From the NCBI GenBank assembly GCA_963845565.1, contig CAWJSJ010000001.1, positions 640,001 to 704,000 on the forward strand: DNA of 64,000 nt, in the 5' to 3' direction. The translations under genes were made by a program, and so were the position numbers. Numbering within the stretch: position 1 is the stretch's first letter; each line of letters begins with the position of its first letter. Below are positions 12,703 to 22,016 of this stretch, piece after piece. The DNA is from an uncultured Methylomirabilota bacterium (GTDB taxonomy: Bacteria > Methylomirabilota > Methylomirabilia > Methylomirabilales > 2-02-FULL-66-22). The notes under the pieces were generated by a model. It searched no databases. It was not told the origin of the DNA and was given only the letters and a program-made list of their open reading frames with translations.

Positions 12703-13893
12703 ATGGTATCGGACGAACGGGCGGCGCCGGCTTCGCCGGTCGGAATCGCCATCGTGGCGGGAGAGGCCTCCGGCGATCTGCACGGCGCCCGGCTGGTCGA
12801 GGCCTTGCGCCGGCGGGAGCCTCGCCTCTCGTTTGCGGGGATGGGCGGGACTCGAATGCGGGAAGCCGGCGTCCGCCTCTTGGCCGATGCCGGTGAGACA
12901 GCGGTGGTGGGCATCGCCGAGCTCTGGGAGAAGCGGCGGGCCCTGCGGACGGCCCTGCTGACGCTGCGTGCGCACCTCGCGGCAACCCGTCCGGCCCTGT
13001 TGATCTGTGTGGATTTTCCGGATTTCAACCTCCTGCTCGCCCGCACGGCCCACCGGCTTGGCATTCCCGTGTGCTACTTCATCAGTCCTCAGATCTGGGC
13101 CTGGCGGTCGGGCCGGATCCGGACCATCCGACGCCTGGTTCGTAAGATGCTCGTGCTATTTCCATTCGAGGAAGCGCTGTATCGCGCCGCCGGCGTGGAT
13201 GTCGCCTTCGTCGGCCATCCCTTGCTGGATGCACTGGCGAGCGTACCGGGGCGAGACGCCTGTCGGACGGCGCTCGCCATCGCCGAGTCGGAGCGGACAG
13301 TCGCGCTTCTTCCCGGAAGCCGGACGGCCGAGATCCGCCGCCATCTCCCGATCCTCTTGGGCGCGGCAGCGAGGATCCGGGCGGCCGAGCCGGACGTGAC
13401 ACTCCTGCTCGGTCTGAGCGAGACGATAGATCGGCAGGCGGTGGTGGCGGCCGCGGCCCACGCCGGTGTACCGGTTCGGGTGATTCAAGGTCGGACCCCC
13501 GAAGTCATGCGGGCGGCGGACTTCCTCCTGGCGGTTTCTGGAACCGTGACGCTGGAGGCGGCCATTCTGGGAACCCCCATGCTGATCACCTATCGCGTCA
13601 GCCCGGTGTCGGGTTGGCTGTTGCGGATGCTTGTCCGGGTGCGATTCGCCGGTCTGCCGAATCTGATTGCCGGAGGGGCCATCGTCCCGGAACTGCTGCA
13701 GCGCGACGCAACCCCGGAACGGTTGGCCGCGGCTGCACTGGAAGTCCTCCGCTCCGCGCCGCGCCAGGCGGCTATGCGCGATGCCCTGGGCGACGTCCGG
13801 AGGCGGTTGGGGGATCCCGGCGCGGTCGAACGGGCCGCCCGAGAGGTCTTGATGCTCCTTCCGCGGCCGCCTGCCTCTGTCCCGAGCCCATGA
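12703..13893 (+). CDS. lpxB: Lipid-A-disaccharide synthase
   Basis: AGEASGDLHG, DFPDFN, SPQIWAWR, FVGHPL, LLPGSR, SGTVTLE. Confidence 0.96.
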   Translation: MVSDERAAPASPVGIAIVAGEASGDLHGARLVEALRRREPRLSFAGMGGTRMREAGVRLLADAGETAVVGIAELWEKRRALRTALLTLRAHLAATRPALLICVDFPDFNLLLARTAHRLGIPVCYFISPQIWAWRSGRIRTIRRLVRKMLVLFPFEEALYRAAGVDVAFVGHPLLDALASVPGRDACRTALAIAESERTVALLPGSRTAEIRRHLPILLGAAARIRAAEPDVTLLLGLSETIDRQAVVAAAAHAGVPVRVIQGRTPEVMRAADFLLAVSGTVTLEAAILGTPMLITYRVSPVSGWLLRMLVRVRFAGLPNLIAGGAIVPELLQRDATPERLAAAALEVLRSAPRQAAMRDALGDVRRRLGDPGAVERAAREVLMLLPRPPASVPSP

Positions 13894-14582
13894 CGGCGCG
13901 GTGGTGGTCGCCGCGCGACTGGGCGATCAGTCTGCTCCTGGGGCCATGGATATCTTGCGGCCTGATGCGGACTGGCGCCGCCACGATGCGCCGCCGGGAT
14001 GTGGGCCGGGAGTATCCGGATGGGTGCTGGGCCAAAGGCGAGCGGGTAATCTTCGCGTTTTGGCACGGTCGGCTGCTCATGATGCCATTCGCCTATCCCG
14101 GCGTCACAGCCGCGATTCTCATCAGTCAGCATCGGGATGGGGAGTACATCACGCGCATTGCTGAACGGCTGGGGTTTACGGTGCAGCGGGGGTCGGGAAC
14201 CCGAGGGGGTGCGCGGGCGTTCCGGCAGTTGGTTCACGCCCTCAAGGAGGGGCGGGATGTCGTGGTCACGCCTGACGGACCCAAGGGGCCGTCTGGGCGC
14301 GTCAAGTCCGGCGTGGTCGAACTGTCTCGGCTGTCGGGGATGCCGATCGTGCCGGCGGCATTCGGGGCGTATCCCCGGATCGTCCTGCGGAGCTGGGATC
14401 GCTTCGTGATCCCGTACCCCGGGGCCCGCGGCGTGTACGTGTGGGGAGCGCCGCTCTACGTTCCACCCGACCTCTCCAAGGCGGAAGCCGCGCGATTTCG
14501 AAGCCTGCTGGCGGAACGGCTGGATGGGGTGACGTCCACCGCGGACCGGCTGGCGCGTTTTCCGGCGGCAAGCGAAGCCTGA
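13890..14582 (+). CDS. DUF374 lysophospholipid acyltransferase family (LpxJ-like late acyltransferase)
   Basis: FWHGR, LISQHRDGE, RGSGTRGG, TPDGPKGP, SWDRF. ATG overlaps the lpxB stop. Confidence 0.85.
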   Translation: MTARWWSPRDWAISLLLGPWISCGLMRTGAATMRRRDVGREYPDGCWAKGERVIFAFWHGRLLMMPFAYPGVTAAILISQHRDGEYITRIAERLGFTVQRGSGTRGGARAFRQLVHALKEGRDVVVTPDGPKGPSGRVKSGVVELSRLSGMPIVPAAFGAYPRIVLRSWDRFVIPYPGARGVYVWGAPLYVPPDLSKAEAARFRSLLAERLDGVTSTADRLARFPAASEA

Positions 14583-14588
14583 GGGTGT

Positions 14589-15854
14589 ATGTCTTGGCTG
14601 TATAGCGCGTCGATCAGCCTCTTCATGCTCGGAATGGCGCCGAGCGTGCTCACCCAAATGTTCCTGCGGGGAAAGTACCGCCGGGGCATGGGCGAGCGGT
14701 TTGGCGACGTGGCGCCGTGGGAAGGCACCGCGGAACCGGTGTGGTTGCACGCCGTATCGGTGGGGGAGGCCATGGCGGCCGCGCCCTTGGCGCGGCTCCT
14801 GGTCAGCCGACATCCCGCGGTCCCCTTGATCGCCTCCACCACGACGGAAACCGGTCGAGCGGTGGCCGAGCAGCGGATCCCTGCCGCGCGGTTTGTGTTT
14901 TTTCCGTTGGATTTCCGCTGGGCCGCGGCGCGCGCCCTGAGGCGACTTCGCCCGCGCCTGGTGCTCTTGACCGAGACGGAGCTCTGGCCGAATTTTCTCG
15001 CCGCGTGCGCCCAGCGGCGAATCCCCGTGGTGTTGATCAACGGGCGGATCTCTCCCCGGTCCTTCCCGCGATACCGACTGGTCCGGCGGTGGTTCGGAGG
15101 CGTTCTTCAGGGTGTGCGTCTGTTCTGTATGCAGAGCGCCGCCGATGCCGACCGGATCCTGTCACTGGGTGCTCCGGCGGACCGGGTGAGGGTGACCGGG
15201 AACCTGAAATACGACCTCCCAGCCCTGGAGCAGGGTGCCGATGTCGGCGCGATCCGCGCGGGGCTCGGCCTGTCGCCCGAATGCCGGCTGGTGATCGCCG
15301 GAAGCATCCACCGCGGTGAGGACGAGCCGGTGATCGAGGCGTTCCGAACGGCCGCCGCCTCGCGGCGGGATCTGTGCCTGCTGGTGGCGCCTCGACATCC
15401 GGAACGGCTGGAGGAGGTGGAGCGAGTGCTGGCCAAGGCGGGCGTCCCCTGTGTCCGGCGCAGCCGGCTCCCCGCCACACCGGCGCGCGAGGGGGGTGCG
15501 ATCCTGTTGGACACCATGGGCGAGCTGGCGCGACTCTACGCGGCGGCCAGTGTCGTCTTCGTCGGGGGAAGCTTGATTCCCCACGGCGGGCAAAATATCC
15601 TGGAGCCTGCTGCGTATGGTCGGCCGGTGCTTCACGGGCCCCACATGGGGAACTTTGCCGAGATGCGCGACCGCTTCCAGGAGGCCGAGGCCGCGCTGCA
15701 AGTGGCGGACGGCCCGGGACTCGCCGAGGGGTTGCAGTTGCTGCTCGACGACGCGACCAGGGCGGAACGGATGGGCCGGGCGGGTCGGTCCATCGTGGAA
15801 GCGCAGCGCGGCGCAACAGGTCGGACGGCGGATCTGGTGGGAGCGCTGCTGTGA
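14589..15854 (+). CDS. waaA: 3-deoxy-D-manno-octulosonic acid (Kdo) transferase
   Basis: WLHAVSVGE, ETELWPN, TGNLKYD, APRHPER, DTMGEL, GGQNILEP. Confidence 0.95.
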   Translation: MSWLYSASISLFMLGMAPSVLTQMFLRGKYRRGMGERFGDVAPWEGTAEPVWLHAVSVGEAMAAAPLARLLVSRHPAVPLIASTTTETGRAVAEQRIPAARFVFFPLDFRWAAARALRRLRPRLVLLTETELWPNFLAACAQRRIPVVLINGRISPRSFPRYRLVRRWFGGVLQGVRLFCMQSAADADRILSLGAPADRVRVTGNLKYDLPALEQGADVGAIRAGLGLSPECRLVIAGSIHRGEDEPVIEAFRTAAASRRDLCLLVAPRHPERLEEVERVLAKAGVPCVRRSRLPATPAREGGAILLDTMGELARLYAAASVVFVGGSLIPHGGQNILEPAAYGRPVLHGPHMGNFAEMRDRFQEAEAALQVADGPGLAEGLQLLLDDATRAERMGRAGRSIVEAQRGATGRTADLVGALL

Positions 15855-16972
15855 CCGTCCGCGATCGCATCGAGGCGTACGCGCTTGGTGTGACGCGGGC
15901 GGAGGTGCCGACCGCGGGGCAGCGGCTCGCGCGCGGCGCGCTGGCGGCGCTTTCGCTGGCATATGAAGCCTGCGTCCGGCTGCGCAATGCGGGATTCGAC
16001 GGGGGGCTGTTCCCGGTACACCGCCTGCCGTGCCGGGTGGTGTCGGTCGGTAACCTGACCGCGGGCGGGACCGGGAAGACGCCGACAGTGATTGCCATGG
16101 CGGCGGCGCTGAGGGCGGCGGGGGAGCGGGTGTCCGTCGTCCTTCGCGGGTACCGGAGCGAAGGCGCCGGCACACGGGTCGTATCAGACGGGCGGACGAT
16201 CCGGCTCGGATGGCGGGAGGCCGGGGACGAGGCGGTTCTTCTGGCGCAGCGCCTGCCGGGGGTTCCGGTGGTTGTCGGCGGCGATCGGGTGGCGGCGGGA
16301 CGGCTGGCCATCGCCGAGTTCCGTCCGCAGACGATCCTCCTCGACGACGGATTCCAGCACCGGCGAATCCATCGGGATGCCGACCTGGTCCTCATCGACG
16401 CGACGGACCCGTTCGGCGGACAGTGGCTGCTGCCGCGCGGACGGCTTCGGGAGCCGGTGGGCGGTCTGCGCCGAGCGAACGCGATCCTGGTGACTCACGC
16501 CGACGAGGCGGCGGACCTCGAGGGCGTGGTGCACACTCTGGCACGCGAAGCGCCCGGCCGCCCGATCGCGCAGGGGATCTTCCGAGGCTGTTGTCTCCGC
16601 GAACTCCGGTCGGGGCAGGACAGCCCCGTCGCCCTTATTCGCGGGAAGCGCGTTCTGGCCGTGAGCGGCATCGCCAATCCGTACGGCTTCCATCGTACCC
16701 TGGAGGGGTTGGGCGCTGTCGTGGTGGATCGAGTCGTCTACCGCGACCATCACGCCTTCGACGACGGCGACCACCGGCGGATAGTCGGCGCGGCAAAAAC
16801 GAGTGGTGCGGATTGGGTCGTGACCACGGAGAAAGACGCGGTACGGCTGACGCCCGACCGCGTCGCCGAGGTGCCGCTGTTCGCGCTCGGGGTCGACCTG
16901 GTGGTTGGGGAAGGCGCCGCCGCCGTGGGGTCGGCGCTCGGTTGTCCGGTGTGGGGCCGCGACAACGTGTGA
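15851..16972 (+). CDS. lpxK: Tetraacyldisaccharide 4'-kinase
   Basis: SVGNLTAGGTGKTP, LDDGFQH, LLPRGRLREP, TTEKDAVR. GTG overlaps the waaA stop. Confidence 0.95.
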   Translation: MTVRDRIEAYALGVTRAEVPTAGQRLARGALAALSLAYEACVRLRNAGFDGGLFPVHRLPCRVVSVGNLTAGGTGKTPTVIAMAAALRAAGERVSVVLRGYRSEGAGTRVVSDGRTIRLGWREAGDEAVLLAQRLPGVPVVVGGDRVAAGRLAIAEFRPQTILLDDGFQHRRIHRDADLVLIDATDPFGGQWLLPRGRLREPVGGLRRANAILVTHADEAADLEGVVHTLAREAPGRPIAQGIFRGCCLRELRSGQDSPVALIRGKRVLAVSGIANPYGFHRTLEGLGAVVVDRVVYRDHHAFDDGDHRRIVGAAKTSGADWVVTTEKDAVRLTPDRVAEVPLFALGVDLVVGEGAAAVGSALGCPVWGRDNV

Positions 16973-17033
16973 GCAATCCCAGTCGAAGGACGCGGAGAAT
17001 CCGGGCGGCGATACAACGGCCCGGCATGACGCC

Positions 17034-18714
17034 ATGCACGAGATCGATCCGGCGGAGATCGGCAGCATCCTGGTTCGGGAGGTCAACTGGGTCGGCGACG
17101 CGATCCTCACGTTGCCGGCGCTCGCGGCGTTGCGGCGGCGGTTTCCCCAGGCGGAGATCTCGGTGCTCGGTCGACCGTGGGTCACGGGGCTCTTCGCCGA
17201 TCAGCCGGTTGCGAATCGCGTGATCGTGTATCAGTCCGACGGGGCGCATCGTGGGCTCTTGGGGCGCTGGGCGCTGGCCCAAGAGGTCCGGCGGAAACGG
17301 TTCGACCTCGCGGTGCTCTTTCCAAACTCGGTGGATGCCGCCGTGGTTCCCTGGCTGGCGGGGATTCCTCGACGCGTGGGGACACCGACCGAGTGCCGTC
17401 GTCTCTTGCTCACTCATCCCGCGCGTGAGACCCTGGGCCCCGCCGAGCGCCATCAGGTGTTTCGGTATCTTGCCGTGGTCCGGAGCCTGGGCGCGGATGG
17501 CGACCCGACGCCGCGACTGGCGGTTGCACCCGAGGCAGCGCAGGCGGCGGACAGGCTGCTTGCGGAGGCCGGCGTCGTTCCCGGAACGCGCTGCCTAGCG
17601 GTGAATCCGGGGTCGGTTTACGGCAACGCCAAGCGCTGGCCGGCGGAGCGCTTTGCGGCAGACGGCGGATGTCTTGGCGGATCGCTGGGGGGCGCGTGTC
17701 CTGCTGGTCGGGTCGAGCAAGGAGGCCGCCGTGCTGGAATCGGTTGCCCGGGCGATGCGGCACAAACCGATCCGGTTGTGGGGACGCACCGATCTGCGAA
17801 CGCTGGCGGCGGTGCTGCGGCGGAGTCGCCTGTTGCTCACTAATGACACGGGGACCATGCACGTCGCGGCGGCTGTCGGCGCCCCGGTCGTGGCCGTCTT
17901 CGGACCGACGGATGCGGAGGCGACTGGACCGTGCGGGTCGCGCGCGCGCCTGGTCCGCGAGGCGGTGGCGTGTAGTCCCTGCTTGCTGCGGGAATGTCCG
18001 ATCGATCATCGCTGCATGACCCGCGTGACGGTGGCGCAGGTGGTGCAGGCCGCGGAGGAGCTTGTGAAGCAGACAGAGGGCGTCACCTGCCCGGTCGCGC
18101 AGTTGATGTTCCCTGCAGCGCCGAGGCCGGCGATCGAAACGCCCGCCGCGTTCTTGGACCGGGACGGGACCATCATCGAAGACCCGGGCTACCTCGGCGA
18201 TCCGGACAAGATCCAGTTCATTCCGGGAGCGCAGGAGGCGCTCGGCGCACTCCGTGCCGCGGGGTATCGCCTCATCGTGGTGACGAACCAGGCAGGGGTG
18301 GCCCGGGGCATCATCACCGAAGACGATGTGCGCCGGGTGAACGTCCGGCTTCAGGAACTCCTGAGCGCGGCAGGCGTTCCTGTGGACGGGATCTACTACT
18401 GCCCCCACCACGCCGAGGCCGGGTCGCAGGAATACCGGAAGGACTGCCCGAGCCGCAAGCCCGGGCCGGGGATGGTGGAGCAGGCGCGGAGGGACTTCGG
18501 ACTGGATGTGGCGCGGTCGGTGATCGTCGGAGACCACCTGAGCGACGCCGCGGTGGCGCGCCACTTCCCCGGCATGCGGGGGATCATGGTCCTGACCGGG
18601 CACGGGGCGGGCCAGTACGAGAAGGTGCAGGCGGGAGCCGCACCGGTTCCGGATCATGTCGCACCGGATCTTGGGTCGGCGGTCGAGTGGCTGCTCCGGC
18701 AGTCGGGACGGTGA
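17034..18714 (+). CDS. waaF: Fused LPS heptosyltransferase II (WaaF) and D,D-heptose-1,7-bisphosphate phosphatase (GmhB), apparent +1 frameshift near 17657
   Basis: NWVGDA and NPGSVYGNAKRWP in ORF 16905. TNDTGTMH..FGPT, CSPCLLRECP run without a stop into FLDRDGT, VTNQAG, CPHH, RKPGPGM, IVGD in ORF 17653. Confidence 0.85.
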
Positions 18715-18715
18715 C

Positions 18716-19792
18716 GTGGGTACACTGCCCATTCGGCTGGACGGTGCGCGACGGATCTTGCTCATCAAGCCCAGTGCGCTTGGCGACGTGGTGCACGCGC
18801 TTCCCGTCGTGGCTACCCTGAAGCGGCGGTATCCGGAGATCCCGCTGGATTGGCTCATCGAGGAGGAAGCGGCGCCGCTGCTGGAGGGGCATCCGGCCGT
18901 CGCCGAGTTCGTCGTGTCGGGCCGGCGTCGGTGGCAACGGCAGCTCAAGCATCCGAGCACCATTCCGGGCGTGCTGCGAGAGATTCGAGCGTTCGCTCGG
19001 AAAATCCGCCGCCGCTACGACGCGGTCCTGGATCTGCAGGGCCTCCTGAAGAGCGGCGTGTACGTCCTGGCCGCGCACGCGCCGATCCGGGTCGGGCTGG
19101 CGGACGGGCGCGAGGGTGCGACCTGGGTGCTGACGCACCGCGTGCCGGTGCCGCCGCAGCCGATCCACGCGGTGGACCGCTACCTGGCCCTCGCCGCTGC
19201 GGTTGATGCCGCCGAGGTCGTGCGGGAATTCACGATTCCGCTGGCGCAGAAGGATCTGGACGCCGCAACGGCGGCGCTGGCCGGTCTTCCGCGACCGGTC
19301 GTCGTCCTGCACCCCGCCGCGCGGTGGCCGACCAAACTCTGGGAGAACGCACGGTGGCGGGCGCTCGCCGCCGCGCTCGGGGAAGCGGGAGCGGGTGTGG
19401 TACTCACCGGGGCCGCGGCGGATGGCGCGATGGCGACGGCGATCGGCGAAGGCCTGGCCCCGGCGCCGCGGTCGCTGGCAGGGCGGGTGTCACTGAAAGA
19501 GTTGGCGGCAGTGCTCCGCTCGGCCGACCTGATGATTACCGTCGATTCCGGGCCCATGCACATCGCGGCCGCCGTGGGCACCCCGGTGCTCGCCCTGTTC
19601 GGGGCGACCGATCCGGCGCGGACCGGACCGGTGGGCCTCGGGCGGGTTCTCCGGCACGCACTGCCATGCAGCCCCTGCTTGCAGCGTCGTTGCGTCATCA
19701 CGGATACGCTCCGCTGCATGCGCGAACTGGAGGTGCCGGAGGTGATGAACGCGGCGCGCGAGATGTTGGATGCGCGATCGCGAGCGAGGTAG
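18716..19792 (+). CDS. LPS heptosyltransferase (GT9, WaaC-like)
   Basis: IKPSALGDVVH, DLQGLLKS, HAVDRY, DSGPMHIAAA..FGATDP. Confidence 0.88.
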   Translation: MGTLPIRLDGARRILLIKPSALGDVVHALPVVATLKRRYPEIPLDWLIEEEAAPLLEGHPAVAEFVVSGRRRWQRQLKHPSTIPGVLREIRAFARKIRRRYDAVLDLQGLLKSGVYVLAAHAPIRVGLADGREGATWVLTHRVPVPPQPIHAVDRYLALAAAVDAAEVVREFTIPLAQKDLDAATAALAGLPRPVVVLHPAARWPTKLWENARWRALAAALGEAGAGVVLTGAAADGAMATAIGEGLAPAPRSLAGRVSLKELAAVLRSADLMITVDSGPMHIAAAVGTPVLALFGATDPARTGPVGLGRVLRHALPCSPCLQRRCVITDTLRCMRELEVPEVMNAAREMLDARSRAR

Positions 19793-19896
19793 GGAAACAC
19801 CGAAAATGCGGCGGCGGGCGAGGATTGGGCGCACAGCCACTCATCAGGTTTGCAGTTTTTCCCAGGCATCTCACCACAGAAGGGACGCGTGATCGT

Positions 19897-20898
19897 ATGA
19901 CCGACCCACATCGGGCGGAACACCTCGGTTCTGGCGAAAAGGCGGGCGTTACATCGCTGGTCACGGGTGCGGCGGGGTTCGTCGGCTCCCACCTCTGCGA
20001 GCGTCTGCTCCGAGCGGGGCATCGCGTCATCGGGGTGGACATGTTCACCGATTACTACCCCCGGGCCGTGAAGGAGGCGAATCTTTCCACGCTCCTCTTT
20101 GCCCCCGAGTTTCGCCTCGTGGAAGCAAACCTGCTCCGGATGGAGTTGGGACCGCTGGTCGGGGAGGCGGACTATATCTTCCATCAGGCCGGGCAGCCCG
20201 GGGTCCGCCCGAGCTGGGGAAAGGATTTCGACCTCTATCTCGACGGCAACATCCGCGCGACCCAGCGATTGCTGGAGACGGCGCGCGAGGCGGGACGGGT
20301 CCGCTGCCTGGTGTACGCGTCGTCCTCCTCGGTCTACGGCGAGACGCCGGATCTCCCGTTGCGGGAAGACTCGCCCACCAGACCGTATTCGCCTTACGGC
20401 GTCACCAAGTTGGCGGCGGAGCATCTGTGTAGCTTGTACCACGCGAACTATGGGCTCGCGACGGTTTCTCTGCGGTACTTCACGGTATATGGTCCGCGGC
20501 AACGGCCGGACATGGGGTTTCACAAGTTCATCCGGGCTGCGCTGGAAGACCGTCCGATCACGGTGTATGGAGACGGAGAACAGACACGAGACTTCACGTT
20601 CGTGACCGATGCCGCAGAGGCCAATTGGCTGGCGGCATCCTCCGGAGCCGCGGGGCAGGTGTTCAACATCGGGGGTGGCTCGCGTTGCAGCGTGAACGAG
20701 ATCCTGGCGACGCTGGAGGAGATCCTGGGCCGGCGGATCCGCCGGGATCGCCGGCCGCCGCAACCCGGGGACGTCCGCCACACCTGGGCGGACACCAGCC
20801 GCGCACGGGACATCCTCGGGTTTTCGCCCCGGGTGTCGCTGCGGGAGGGCTTGGCGCGCGAAGTGGAGTGGCTTCGCGGGCAGATCGCGCCGAGGTGA
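19897..20898 (+). CDS. NAD-dependent nucleotide-sugar epimerase/dehydratase
   Basis: VTGAAGFVGSHL, ASSSSVYG, YGVTK (YxxxK), LRYFTVYGPRQRPDM. Confidence 0.92.
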   Translation: MTDPHRAEHLGSGEKAGVTSLVTGAAGFVGSHLCERLLRAGHRVIGVDMFTDYYPRAVKEANLSTLLFAPEFRLVEANLLRMELGPLVGEADYIFHQAGQPGVRPSWGKDFDLYLDGNIRATQRLLETAREAGRVRCLVYASSSSVYGETPDLPLREDSPTRPYSPYGVTKLAAEHLCSLYHANYGLATVSLRYFTVYGPRQRPDMGFHKFIRAALEDRPITVYGDGEQTRDFTFVTDAAEANWLAASSGAAGQVFNIGGGSRCSVNEILATLEEILGRRIRRDRRPPQPGDVRHTWADTSRARDILGFSPRVSLREGLAREVEWLRGQIAPR

Positions 20899-20943
20899 CG
20901 TCCGTGTCGCACCGTCTGTAACCCCAATCAACAAGGAGGAACG

Positions 20944-21705
20944 ATGCGATTCTCGGGGAAGGTTGCCCTGATCACCGGGGCGTCGAAGGGGATTGGCCGG
21001 GCCACCGCCGTTCGGTTGGCGCACGAAGGTGGTACGGTCATCGTGAATGGTCGAGACGACGCTGCGGTGGACGCAGTGGTGGCGGGGATCGTGCGGGATG
21101 GCGGGCGTGCCGTCCCGGCGGTAGGCGATGTCACGCACGCTGCGGACGTGGCGAGGATCGTCGCGCTGGGAAACGCACAAGGGGGCGGCATTGATATCCT
21201 GGTGAACAACGCAGGCGGTGGGACGATGGCCCGTTGGCTGGACGACCTCGACGAGGCCGCCTGGGGAAAAAGCCTTCAGGTCAATCTTACCAGCGCCTTC
21301 CTCATGACCAAGGCGGTCGTGCCCCACATGCGCGAACGGAGACGGGGCCGCATCGTGATGGTGGCGTCCATTGCCGGGCGGAACATGAGCCGGCTTTCGG
21401 GGCCCGAGTACAGCGCGGCCAAGGGCGGGATGCTGGCGTTCATGCGACATCTGGCCGTCGAGCTGGGGCCGTTCAACGTGACGGTGAACGGGGTGGCGCC
21501 TGGACCGACCATGGTCGAGCGCGTGGCCAAGAAGTGGGAGCTGCGGGGGGCCGAGGAACGCGAGAAGATCCTGCGGAACATCCCGCTGGGTCGCCCCGCG
21601 CAGCCGGAGGAGATCGCCGCCGCCATCCTCTTCCTCGCCTCGGACGACGCCTCGTACGTGAACGGCGCCTGCATCGACGTCAACGGCGGATCATTCATGA
21701 TGTAA
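20944..21705 (+). CDS. Short-chain dehydrogenase/reductase (FabG-like)
   Basis: TGASKGIG, LVNNAG, YSAAK, VNGVAPG. ggagga RBS. Confidence 0.9.
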   Translation: MRFSGKVALITGASKGIGRATAVRLAHEGGTVIVNGRDDAAVDAVVAGIVRDGGRAVPAVGDVTHAADVARIVALGNAQGGGIDILVNNAGGGTMARWLDDLDEAAWGKSLQVNLTSAFLMTKAVVPHMRERRRGRIVMVASIAGRNMSRLSGPEYSAAKGGMLAFMRHLAVELGPFNVTVNGVAPGPTMVERVAKKWELRGAEEREKILRNIPLGRPAQPEEIAAAILFLASDDASYVNGACIDVNGGSFMM

Positions 21706-21790
21706 TCGCCGCTGTGCCCCGTCGGGCCGACCCGAGCGTCTGCGTGAAAGCGGGGATGGCGTTACATGGGAGGAGCGAGGACAGAACGGC

Positions 21791-21820
21791 TTGACGACGC
21801 CACACGTGAGGTGCTAGGCT
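21791..21820 (+). promoter_or_regulatory. Sigma70-type promoter for the TPP riboswitch leader
   Basis: ttgacg-18 nt-taggct with extended -10 TG. Confidence 0.6.
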
Positions 21821-21832
21821 GTTTTTAACTTA

Positions 21833-21922
21833 ATAAACGGGAGCCCGGAGAGCCGGGCTGAGAGGGTGGGGCGGTTCCTCACCGACCGTTCGAACCTGAC
21901 CTGGGTAATGCCAGCGTAGGGA
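21833..21922 (+). ncRNA. TPP riboswitch (THI element)
   Basis: gggagc-hairpin-ctgagag ... accgttcgaacctgacctgggtaatgccagcgtaggga matches the conserved TPP aptamer core. Lies upstream of a CytX-like permease. Confidence 0.93.
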
Positions 21923-21935
21923 CCGACAGCGACAG

Positions 21936-21967
21936 AAACCGCCCCGCGTGGCGGTTTTTGATTTTTC
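21936..21967 (+). terminator. Intrinsic terminator (expression platform of the TPP riboswitch)
   Basis: aaaccgcc-ccgcgt-ggcggttt followed by ttgattttt. Confidence 0.85.
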
Positions 21968-22016
21968 AGGGGCGGATCGGGGCAGCCAGACGGGCTGCTA
22001 ACGGGAGGAAGGACTC

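Noticed and set aside
10437..13064. 875 aa minus-strand ORF and similar long Arg/Pro-rich alternative frames
   Set aside because: Shadow ORFs of well-supported plus-strand genes.
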